Positions 10,169 through 18,398 of a stretch of 50,879 nucleotides of DNA are shown here, piece by piece. The first letter of the stretch is position 1. The number at the start of each line of letters is the position of its first letter. The notes below the pieces were generated by a model. That model ran no database searches, had not been told where the DNA came from, and saw only the letters and a program-made list of their open reading frames with translations. This DNA is from Candidatus Binatia bacterium (GTDB taxonomy: Bacteria > Desulfobacterota > Binatia > HRBIN30), in assembly GCA_038245295.1 (NCBI GenBank), contig JBBRSP010000038.1, positions 1 to 50,879 of the forward strand. The letters are read 5' to 3'. Position numbers and translations under genes: made by a program.

Positions 10169-10200
10169 ACGAAGGCCGCCTTTGATGGCGGCCTTCGTTT
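10169..10200. terminator. intrinsic terminator hairpin between convergent regA and lysyl oxidase genes
   Basis: Perfect 12-bp stem ACGAAGGCCGCC / GGCGGCCTTCGT, loop TTTGAT, followed by TT. Confidence 0.75.
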
Positions 10201-10217
10201 AGATTCAGGGATTTCTG

Positions 10218-11075
10218 CTAACGCGGCGCGCGCGTCGGCCGCGGAGGCCGGGTAATCGGCGGTCGTGTCGGGCGGGGCGGCCGCGTTGTCCCGGGCGTCG
10301 GCGTCGCCGTCGGCACGGGTATCGTCGTCGGGCTCGGGATCGGTCCCGTGGCGATACGGCCAGGGACGTTGACGCTGACGTAGCCGGAGTTGTCGCCGAG
10401 GTCCTCGTCGACCTCCAGCAGGAAGTTGAGAGGATCGGCGACATTGACCAGGAAGTACTGACCAGCCTCGACCGGCTTGTCGCGTCCAACATCGAGTTCG
10501 ATGTACTGCTCCGGATAGAAGTCGTCGTAGACGTCGGCCCAACCGGCCGAGATGCCCTGCTCGCTCTCCTGAGACAGGCAGTTGCCATACACCTGGCGCG
10601 AGCCGCTGAAGCCGCGCAACGGTTCGATATCGATCAAGCAGAACGACAGTTTCGAAGCGCGCGCCACGATCGGGCCCGTGAGCGGGTCGTCTTTGCGTAG
10701 CTGATACTCGGCGAAGTCGTTGAGGTGCCAGTGGTTGTGCGTCGCGTGGAACTCGAACGTGCCGGCGTCGTGAGTGCAGGTTGTGCCGTCGGACTTCTGC
10801 ACGACCTGAGTCGCCAGTGTGACCTTCTGGCCAAACTGGGTCTCGATGGTCTTACCCTGAATGCGCAGCGGCCCCTGGCCGACGTTGGCGAAGCGCGAGC
10901 TGAAGTAGAGGCGGCGCGTCCCACCACGTTCGACGACACGTGCGCGCGCCGGCGGTAGGGACTTCATGTCCGGCAGAATGACCGCCGGATCGTTGCGGTC
11001 GCACTCCTCGGCGTGTGCGAGTGAGAACGACGATAAGATCAAAAGCCCGATGAACGCGGCAGAACGAAAGCCCAT
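10218..11075 (-). CDS. secreted lysyl oxidase (LOX)-family protein
   Basis: Signal peptide; Cu-talon FEFHATHNHWH; SKLSFCLID (LTQ Lys region); QGISAGWADVY (LTQ Tyr region); Pro/Thr/Arg tail; RBS GGAGG. Confidence 0.88.
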   Translation of the reverse strand: MGFRSAAFIGLLILSSFSLAHAEECDRNDPAVILPDMKSLPPARARVVERGGTRRLYFSSRFANVGQGPLRIQGKTIETQFGQKVTLATQVVQKSDGTTCTHDAGTFEFHATHNHWHLNDFAEYQLRKDDPLTGPIVARASKLSFCLIDIEPLRGFSGSRQVYGNCLSQESEQGISAGWADVYDDFYPEQYIELDVGRDKPVEAGQYFLVNVADPLNFLLEVDEDLGDNSGYVSVNVPGRIATGPIPSPTTIPVPTATPTPGTTRPPRPTRPPITRPPRPTRAPR

Positions 11076-11248
11076 CAATACCTCCTAGCCAAAGCGGGGC
11101 GGACGCTACATCCCGCCCCGGGGGTTGGCAAGCTCTTTTCGTGCAATAGTTTCCCGGTTTGCCCGCGACAGGATGCACGCCGTCGGGGCGCCGGCAAGAC
11201 GAAGCGAGTCTTGCGAGCGGTCCGTGTTGCAAGTAGGCTCGGCCCCAC

Positions 11249-11647
11249 GTGTTCGCTCACCTGCGCCAGCCATTTTACTCATCAGCGCTTCTGTCGGCGC
11301 TACTGATGGCCGTGATCGCCGGCGGGATGGCAAAGGAACCCTCGTGCGACCACTGCCCCAAGAGCTGCCCGATGCATGCGGGCCGGCTTGGCTGTCACGG
11401 CGGCGGCGCGGCAAAAGCGGGGTCGATACCGCATGACTGCGCCAAGCATCAGGGCGGCGGCCTTGGATTTACCCAGACCGGTTGCCACCACGGCACAAGC
11501 GGGGTCACGACGATCGCCGCACGTGCCGTCCTGCCCGTCCCATTGCGCCTGGTGACGTTGGCAGCCGCAGACACAGTCGTCGCCGAGGTCTCGGTAGCCC
11601 TGCCACAAGGCTATCTTGCCCGGCCCTTTCACCCGCCGCGCGTCTAG
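11249..11647 (+). CDS. small secreted Cys/His-rich protein, DUF2946/CutF/CruR-like putative leader ORF
   Basis: N-terminal hydrophobic segment, CDHCPKSCPMH, further CH/CHH motifs, C-terminal RPFHPPRV. Confidence 0.6.
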   Translation: MFAHLRQPFYSSALLSALLMAVIAGGMAKEPSCDHCPKSCPMHAGRLGCHGGGAAKAGSIPHDCAKHQGGGLGFTQTGCHHGTSGVTTIAARAVLPVPLRLVTLAAADTVVAEVSVALPQGYLARPFHPPRV

Positions 11648-11887
11648 TTCTCGGTCGCCGCGTCAAGCCCCGCCGCGACTTGCCAAAAACTGAGATCTTA
11701 ACGAACCGACGTTGTCGCCTACGTGTTCGCGTGGTCACGGCCAGCGTGCCTTTGCGTGCGCTCGGCCTCCGAGCGGCAGCGACCACGAGAATCGGCAGCC
11801 CACTCGTGGCCGGCGATGAGCCCGTCCGTGGAGCAATCGGGCCCGCGTGCTTCGGTGCACCGGCCCATCCATCAAGGAGAACTGTTT

Positions 11888-12946
11888 ATGCAACCAAAAC
11901 TCACCAAGCTGCTCAGCAGCGCCGCACTTGTCCTATGTTTTCTGCCTACGCTTGCCGCGGCTCACGGGCCGACATTGATGATCGGCTCGACCGCGGCGGG
12001 ATCTGGCGCGTTGGCCATCGAGTTTGAATTCACCAGCGTGGCGCGCACCGGCTTCAGCACGCCGGTCGGCCCAGACAGCCTGTACACCGGAGCTTCACCC
12101 TCCCTCGCACAACTCACTGTCGACACGGCGCCGCTGTTCGCCCTCGCCGCATCTACCCAGGTGTCGCTCGAAGTCACCCGCGTCGACGAAGGCAAGACGG
12201 CGGTAAAGATCGGCCCCACGGTTCTCGATGCCGTGGGTGAGAGCGCCGTCATCGGTACTACTCCGTTCACGGAACAGCATCCGGAATGGCAGCTGTTGCT
12301 CAATCTCCCGGAAGGCGAGTTCGGCGAGGGCGACATCTCGTTCAAGCTGACCACGACCTCGGGTTCCTACACGTCCTCCGACGAATACACGCTGCATCTC
12401 TCCAACGGCGTTCTCGGGGCCGTCGATTACGACGTCAACGCCTACGACAGCACCAGCGTTAAGTGCCAACAGACCGTCGGTATCCAGACGCGCACCTTCG
12501 TGCAGAAGAAGCTGGCGATCCTGCGTGCCTGTCTCGACAAGGCGGAGGTGGCGCGCGCCAAGGAATCGCTGCTGGTCGCGCCGGCGGATCTGGCCGCCAA
12601 GCAGGCCGCCGCCGAAAAGGCGTGCGCCGATGCCACCGGCAGCGGGCCCGACAGCGGCACGATGCTCGGCAAGATCGACAAGGCACGCCAGGTCGCCTTC
12701 TCGGCCATCCAGAAGAAATGCGGCACACCCAATCCGCCGTCGATTCCGGCAAGTGCTTCGGGCGATTTCAGCGACGACGATATGCAGCAACACCTGGGGC
12801 TGGCGGGATGCCGTGCCGAGGAACTGGCAGGCGCCGAATACGGTGGTGGTCGCGAGGCGATCGAGGGCTACGCCGTGCGTGCCTCTCAGGGTGGCGACCT
12901 ATTGGGTGATCATCTGTCCTGCCTGAAACCAACAGCGGCCTTGTAA
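11888..12946 (+). CDS. secreted protein: unannotated His-initiated 'HPEWQ' domain plus Cys-rich helical domain
   Basis: RBS AAGGAG; signal peptide ending AAA|HGP; GST..GSGAL, QHPEWQL, FKLTT..Y.SS..Y.L motifs; C-terminal KCQQ..RACLDK..KAC..KKC..GC..SC. Confidence 0.8.
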   Translation: MQPKLTKLLSSAALVLCFLPTLAAAHGPTLMIGSTAAGSGALAIEFEFTSVARTGFSTPVGPDSLYTGASPSLAQLTVDTAPLFALAASTQVSLEVTRVDEGKTAVKIGPTVLDAVGESAVIGTTPFTEQHPEWQLLLNLPEGEFGEGDISFKLTTTSGSYTSSDEYTLHLSNGVLGAVDYDVNAYDSTSVKCQQTVGIQTRTFVQKKLAILRACLDKAEVARAKESLLVAPADLAAKQAAAEKACADATGSGPDSGTMLGKIDKARQVAFSAIQKKCGTPNPPSIPASASGDFSDDDMQQHLGLAGCRAEELAGAEYGGGREAIEGYAVRASQGGDLLGDHLSCLKPTAAL

Positions 12947-13007
12947 GCGAATCGAGGGGTGCGCTTTTGCCGACCGGCAGGAGCGCGCCCCTTCGTTGAG
13001 GTGAACT

Positions 13008-13868
13008 ATGTACCGCTTCGCAAAGTACTTCGTGGCCCTTGGGCTGCTTTTGCTGCGGGCCGGGGAAGCGTCAGCGCACGGCGACGTGATGTTGGTTGGA
13101 TCGACACAGACGAATGCCGGCGCCCTGGTCGCGGACTACGACTACAGCATCGTGTCGCACGCAACCCCAAGTGTGAGTCTCGGCGGCACGACGATTTATA
13201 CAACGATCTACCCGAGCTTCGAATGGCCGAGTGTCGACGATGGCACGTTGCATCTCCTGAAAACCGGCACCCCGATACTGATACAGATCGTCACCATTGA
13301 TCCAGGGCTCGCCGTTCGCCTCGGCAGCACACGCCTCGACGCAGCCGGCAAGAGCGGCAAAATTGGCGACGTGACGGCGGGTGACCATGTCCACCCCGAG
13401 TGGCAGATCAGCTTGCCCGACGGTGTTATCGCGACCTTCCACGTCACCTTTCGTCTGACGACAACAACGCGACCCTACACCCAGTCGGCGGTCTACGAGT
13501 TGGTCTTCGATAACGCCCCAGTCTCTGCCAGCCCGACACCAACGGCGACAATCGATCCAACGCCGGAACCAAACGCAACAGCAACACCTACGGCCACTCC
13601 GACGCTAGCGGCGACCCCCACCCCTACCCCTAGCCCTTCGTCTACGAAAATGGCGACCGCGACGGCGTCCGCAACGACGACACCGACCACCACGTTTGTG
13701 CGTGGCGATGCCAATTGTGACGGTACTGTCAGTGCTGCGGACCTGCCGGCAGAGGTTGCCGTTTTGGCGACCACTACAATTGTTCGCTGCGGCACAGATC
13801 TCGACGACAACGGCGTCATCGACGAACAAGACGTGTCGCTGCTGATCGAGGGGATCTTCACTCCATGA
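13008..13868 (+). CDS. secreted protein: His-initiated 'HPEWQ' domain, Pro/Thr linker, dockerin-like domain
   Basis: RBS GAGG; signal ASA|HGD; HVHPEWQI; TPTP linker; GDANCDGTVSAADL...DLDDNGVIDEQDV. Confidence 0.82.
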   Translation: MYRFAKYFVALGLLLLRAGEASAHGDVMLVGSTQTNAGALVADYDYSIVSHATPSVSLGGTTIYTTIYPSFEWPSVDDGTLHLLKTGTPILIQIVTIDPGLAVRLGSTRLDAAGKSGKIGDVTAGDHVHPEWQISLPDGVIATFHVTFRLTTTTRPYTQSAVYELVFDNAPVSASPTPTATIDPTPEPNATATPTATPTLAATPTPTPSPSSTKMATATASATTTPTTTFVRGDANCDGTVSAADLPAEVAVLATTTIVRCGTDLDDNGVIDEQDVSLLIEGIFTP

Positions 13869-14902
13869 ATACCGCGTCAGCCCGCCACCAGAGGAGCAGA
13901 AGAACGACCATGAGGCTTGGAACAACCTTCCGGCGCACGCCGGTCTTCCGTTTCGTGCGACGCCTATGTTCGAGCGTCGTCTTGATAGGCCTGTTGTCCA
14001 GTGCGGCGACGCGCGCCTTGGCGTGTGACCTGTGCGCCATCTACACGGGCATCGAGCAACGCGAGAGTCGAACCGGCATCTACGCGAGCCTCGCGGAACA
14101 ATACTCGGATTATGAAACATTGCTGCGCGACGGCAGCGATGCGCCCAACCCGGCGGGCGAGAGGATGCATAGCTTCATCACGCAAGTTGGCGCCGGCTAC
14201 AACTTTACGCCGACGCTGGCGCTGCAGGTCAACCTGCCGATCGTCTCGCGGGTCTTCCGCCGTCAAGAAGCGGCGGGAATCGTTGATGGCGACGAGTCAG
14301 GCATCGGCGATCTGTCGCTGCTCGGCAACTGGGCCACCTACGCTAATGTCACGGAGAACACTGTTACCCGGATCACCCTGCTCGGCGGCCTCAAGTTACC
14401 GAGCGGCAACTCGCGTCGAATCAAGGAGGAGCTGAGCGAGGCCGAAGGCTACGAGAGTGGAGTCCACGGTCACGACCTGGCGCTCGGCTCGGGCTCGATC
14501 GACGGTATTGTCGGGGCTCAGCTGTTCTCGAGTTGGCAGCGCGTGTTTGTCACCGCGACGGTGCAGTATGTGGCGCGTACCGAAGGGTCGTTCCACTACA
14601 CCTATGCCAACGACTTGCTCTGGAGCGTCGGACCGGGAGAGTTCGTCGCCCTGGCACACGACTACACGCTTGGGGTGCAGGCCGAGCTCTCCGGGGAGAC
14701 GAAGGGCAATGATACACTCAACGGCCAAAAGGGCAGTGACACGGCGATCACAGCGCTCTACCTCGGCCCCGACCTGCGCTTCACGTGGGGCACATCGATG
14801 GGCGCCAATCTCGCCGTCGATCTTCCGGTTCTGCAGAACAACTCCGCTCTGCAGCTCGTGCCCAACTTCCGATTGCGCGGCGGATTGACGTGGCGCTTCT
14901 GA
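13865..14902 (+). CDS. putative outer-membrane beta-barrel 'transporter' (MetA-pathway/SphA-like) with N-terminal CxxC
   Basis: ATGA overlap with upstream stop (alternative ATG 13910); mature start ALA|CDLC; GIGD, KLPSG, HGHD-LGSGS motifs; alternating beta pattern; C-terminal TWRF. Confidence 0.78.
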   Translation: MNTASARHQRSRRTTMRLGTTFRRTPVFRFVRRLCSSVVLIGLLSSAATRALACDLCAIYTGIEQRESRTGIYASLAEQYSDYETLLRDGSDAPNPAGERMHSFITQVGAGYNFTPTLALQVNLPIVSRVFRRQEAAGIVDGDESGIGDLSLLGNWATYANVTENTVTRITLLGGLKLPSGNSRRIKEELSEAEGYESGVHGHDLALGSGSIDGIVGAQLFSSWQRVFVTATVQYVARTEGSFHYTYANDLLWSVGPGEFVALAHDYTLGVQAELSGETKGNDTLNGQKGSDTAITALYLGPDLRFTWGTSMGANLAVDLPVLQNNSALQLVPNFRLRGGLTWRF

Positions 14903-14990
14903 TGGCGGCTCGGTCATGCATCGAAGAGAAGAATAGAGGCGTCCCCGCTAAGGTCGCCGCCACGCCGGGCACTGCAACCATGTGCCAAAA

Positions 14991-15699
14991 ATGAACGCGG
15001 ATGCACACAGGCCGGCTTCCAGCCGGAACTAAATCGGGCTGCGCCGAATCTGCCCGCAACCCAACCCCCGCCCCGCAGAACGAATTCAACAGGATGGAGA
15101 GGATAAGCAGGATGGAACAGGGAACCCGTTCTTGTCGTGTTCATCCTGTTTATCCTCTCCATCCTGTTAACTTGCGCGTCCTGCGACGAATTGGAACGCG
15201 AGTAAGACGAAGCTGGCTTTGCCCGCAGACCAACGCAGGCCTACTGCCGCAGATGAATGGGATGAACACAGATGGCTTGCCAACCGCCAAGAGGCGCGAT
15301 TCGGGCCTGCGGCCTGCATGGGTATAACAACCGTTCCATTTCTTCCCGGAGCGCCCAGACTTTAGTTCCGTGTTTTGTCACCCTGACGTGTCATCCCGGC
15401 GAAAGAGACTGTCGGAAAACCAAAGTGAAGCAACGTCATCCCGGCGAAAGCCGGGATCTCCTCGAGTGGAAGGCCAAAAATGCTGGGGAGATACCGGCTT
15501 TCGCCTGTATGACGGGGTGTTTTGCGTTGTTTGAAACGATGAACCAGAGAAAACCGACAGTCTCGAAAGATCTCCTCGATTGGAAACTGTGGAATGCTTG
15601 GGAGATTCCGGCTTTCGCCGGAATGACGCAGGTCGGGCTGCTTAGCCTGAGTTGGTTCCGGCTGGAAGCCGGGCTGTGTTCATCCCATTCATCTGTGGC
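14991..15699. repeat. nested cluster of REP-like palindromes
   Basis: ~50-nt inverted pair 14991-15040 / 15644-15692; 27-bp stem 15088-15114 / 15142-15168; 26-nt inverted pair 15246-15271 / 15674-15699; GTCATCCCGGCGAAAGCCGGGATC-type palindromes 15390-15627. Confidence 0.85.
15405..15564. mobile_element. MITE-like element (GAGACTGTCGG termini) inserted in a palindrome loop
   Basis: Perfect 11-bp TIR GAGACTGTCGG / CCGACAGTCTC, flanked on both sides by GAAA; contains a full palindrome at 15435-15513. Confidence 0.7.
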
Positions 15700-15791
15700 G
15701 GGAACTCGCGCCGGCAGTGGTTGGACATCACCGGCTCGTACCGCTTCAACCCACCAAGTTCGCAAGCGGTCGACTGAGAACGAAGGAAACC

Positions 15792-16325
15792 ATGCCGATA
15801 CGACGCCAAGCGATAATTCCCCTGATGAGCGCAGTGCTGTTCGCCCTGACTCTCGCGGTTCACATCGTCCACGCCAGCGTTGTAGTGGGCAACGCTCTTC
15901 CGAGTATCGAGCTCGTTGATTGGCAAGGACGTCCGTTTCGGCTCGCCGATCTGCGCGGCAAAGTGGTCGTGATCGACTTCTGGGCGAGTTGGTGCACGAT
16001 CTGCCGCCAGACCCTGCCGTCGGTCGAAGCAATGGGGCAGCACTTCCCAGCGGGTCAGGTCGTGGTTCTGGGAATCAACATCGACAAGGACGCGGCTACG
16101 GCCGACCGTTTTCTGCGTGACGCCCTTCCGGCGGCGACGATGACGATGTTGCGCGATCCGCAGGGCGCCGTGATGTCACGCTTCGGCGCTGAGGGCATGC
16201 CGGCGATCTATGTCATCGATGCTGATGGAATCGTTCGTTTCGCTGAAGCCGGCTACGGGCCGGCGCGGCTATCCGAGGTTGAGTCGGCGGTGACCCGAGC
16301 TTTACCGCCGACGCCGGCGCTCTAG
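15792..16325 (+). CDS. TlpA/ResA-family periplasmic thiol-disulfide oxidoreductase
   Basis: Signal/TM segment, LADLRGKVVVIDFWASWCTIC, GMPAIYVID; RBS AAGGA. Confidence 0.92.
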   Translation: MPIRRQAIIPLMSAVLFALTLAVHIVHASVVVGNALPSIELVDWQGRPFRLADLRGKVVVIDFWASWCTICRQTLPSVEAMGQHFPAGQVVVLGINIDKDAATADRFLRDALPAATMTMLRDPQGAVMSRFGAEGMPAIYVIDADGIVRFAEAGYGPARLSEVESAVTRALPPTPAL

Positions 16326-16359
16326 CGGTCAGCCTTCTTCCGATTGGTGGAGTGCCACT

Positions 16360-17406
16360 TCAAAAGCGCCAGACCAGGCCGCCACGCAGGCGATAGTCCG
16401 GGACGATCTGCAAGGCAGAATTGTGCTGCAACGCCGGGATGTCGGCGGCGAGCTCGGCGCTGAGCGTCGAACCCCAGGTGAAATGCACGCCGGGCCCGGC
16501 ATAGAGGGAAGTAATTCCCGTGTCGCCCTGGCGCACGCCGTTCAGATCGTCGGTGCCTTTGGTTTCCATGCTGACCAGGGCCTGGATCCCCAGCGAGTAC
16601 GTATGGGTGAGCAGGGCGTAGAAGCCGGGACCGCCCGATACGATCAGCTCGTTGGCGAACTCGTAGCCGTATGAGCCCACCGTGCGCGCGCTGTACTGGC
16701 CGCTCATCGTCGCGAACCAGCGATCGTAGGTCGTCAGCAATTGCGCACCGAGGATGACATCGGTTGAGCCGCTGCCGAGGGTGAGGTCGTGGCTATGGAT
16801 GCCGCTCGGCGGCCCTGTTCCTGTCGTATTATGGTGGGGGCGGAAGCGCGAGCCACAGCCGAACACCGGCGGGATATTCGGGTCGGGGACACAGGTCGAA
16901 CCCGAACCAAGCTCTTCGCGCAAACGGCGCGAGCTGCCGGTCGGCAACTTGACCCCCACCAGGCTGGAGAGACGAACGACCATCGACTCATCGACATAGG
17001 AGAACAATGTTCCGGTGCCGCTGATCGAGACGTCGCCGACGCCGCTTTCATCGCCGCTCACGACACCCGTGCTTTCGACACGGCGGTAGGCGCGGCTGAT
17101 GATCGGTAGATTGGCCTGCACGCTGAACCGCGGATGCAACGTATAGCCAGCGAACACCTGCGTGATCGAACTGTCGAGGTGCTCGTCATACGGGTTGGCA
17201 ACGTCGCTGCCACTCTTCTGCAGCGTGCCGAAGTGGGTAAATTGCTCGGCCAATCCCAGGCGCACACCGGTGCGAGCCTCCTGCAACTCGGTCGCGGTAT
17301 AGACCGCACAGACGTCACAAGCCCAGCTGCGCGCCACGCCTGTAATCAGGAGCCCGCCAAGGACAAGGGTCAGATACAGCTCGGAAACGAGGCCTGAACG
17401 CCGCAT
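16360..17406 (-). CDS. second CxxC outer-membrane beta-barrel, paralogue of 13865..14902
   Basis: SWA|CDVCAVY; shared GDESG.GD, KLP.G.SRR..EEL, HSHDLTLGSGS, ETKG.D.LNG, NSALQ.VP..RLRGGL.WRF; extra Cys/His loop (CVPDPNIPPVFGC..PHH). Confidence 0.8.
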   Translation of the reverse strand: MRRSGLVSELYLTLVLGGLLITGVARSWACDVCAVYTATELQEARTGVRLGLAEQFTHFGTLQKSGSDVANPYDEHLDSSITQVFAGYTLHPRFSVQANLPIISRAYRRVESTGVVSGDESGVGDVSISGTGTLFSYVDESMVVRLSSLVGVKLPTGSSRRLREELGSGSTCVPDPNIPPVFGCGSRFRPHHNTTGTGPPSGIHSHDLTLGSGSTDVILGAQLLTTYDRWFATMSGQYSARTVGSYGYEFANELIVSGGPGFYALLTHTYSLGIQALVSMETKGTDDLNGVRQGDTGITSLYAGPGVHFTWGSTLSAELAADIPALQHNSALQIVPDYRLRGGLVWRF

Positions 17407-17476
17407 GACGAGCGCCTCGTTAGACGAGTGGCGATATCGCCGAAAGGTGGCGAATTGTCGCGGTCCAGGGGCGCTC

Positions 17477-18142
17477 TTACTCCGGTTGCCCCTGTTTGGG
17501 CACCAACTCCAGCGTGTAGGTGGATGACTCACCGTAGGCTGCGGAGACGGAGGTCAGCTTTACCGAAACGTTGTGACCCGTGGCGCTGCCCCCTGGAGGA
17601 ACTTGCAGCTGCCACTCGAGATCCTGATGGATCCCCGGAGTGGTGCCGATGTCGATGGATTGCCCGGCCGTTGTCAGTTCCACGTCCTCGAACTTGAGTT
17701 TGGTGCCGGCGTCGATCGCCACGACTTGCAGGGTGATCGGAACGCCGTCCGGCAGATGGAACAGAGGCAAGCTCGGTTGGTCGTCTTCGGCCTCTTCGAA
17801 GCCGGGTTCGGTGCCGATGTAGAAGGCGGTGCCGCCCTCGCAGGTGTCGCCGGTGCCGCCGATACAGGTCGAAAGGGAGATCGACACCTGTGAGGCCTGG
17901 TCGATGGTCAACCGTCCACCCCCTGCGATCGTTGAACCGAAGATGTTCTCATTGGGCCGTTCGGTTGGGGTTGATGTCGGCAGCGGCGTGTTCATCCGCG
18001 GCGGCGTTGCCGTAGACGTCGCCGCCGGTGTGACAACATCGTGATCGTCGGAGCCGCACCCGGCAAGAACAACCAGCATGCCACACGCCGCCAAGTTGAG
18101 GGCAAACATGAACTGACGTCGAATGGGTAACGGATGCAACAT
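17477..18142 (-). CDS. lipoprotein carrying a third copy of the 'H-x-x-EWQ' domain
   Basis: RBS AGAGGAG; lipobox LAGC; Pro/Thr linker; GSTIAGGGRL, EPGF, IGTTPGIHQDLEWQL, VKLTS..YGESSTYTL. Confidence 0.8.
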   Translation of the reverse strand: MLHPLPIRRQFMFALNLAACGMLVVLAGCGSDDHDVVTPAATSTATPPRMNTPLPTSTPTERPNENIFGSTIAGGGRLTIDQASQVSISLSTCIGGTGDTCEGGTAFYIGTEPGFEEAEDDQPSLPLFHLPDGVPITLQVVAIDAGTKLKFEDVELTTAGQSIDIGTTPGIHQDLEWQLQVPPGGSATGHNVSVKLTSVSAAYGESSTYTLELVPKQGQPE

Positions 18143-18227
18143 GTTCGAAGCTCTCCTCTGTCGATCACGTGCGGCGTTCGAGCCGCGCCACCGCATCCTC
18201 GTATACCCACACGGGGGCAACGGAAAG

Positions 18228-18244
18228 TGCGGCAAATCGTCGCA
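18228..18244. promoter_or_regulatory. RegR/RegA box
   Basis: TGCGGCAAATCGTCGCA = GCGGC-N5-GTCGC with AT-rich spacer, in the divergent intergenic region between the lipoprotein and sulfatase genes. Confidence 0.55.
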
Positions 18245-18398
18245 GGCTGATCGATCCGGCGCGTCGTACTCGATTGGTGGTTGGTCCGTTTGATTCCCAA
18301 GGGTAGGCAACGTCGCCGCCTCGGTTTTCAAATGGACCCACCACCGCTCCATTGCGCCAGCTTGACTTCGACGGGTGCCGAGAACAGGTTGCGGCGCG

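Noticed and set aside
11079..11887. Zur/Fur/CsoR/CueR operator upstream of the metal locus
   Set aside because: No convincing palindrome matching these consensus sites was found by eye.
15272..15919. 215-aa ORF containing IPAFAGMT (also 24572..25153 and 14914..15162)
   Set aside because: These are translations of palindromic repeats, not proteins.
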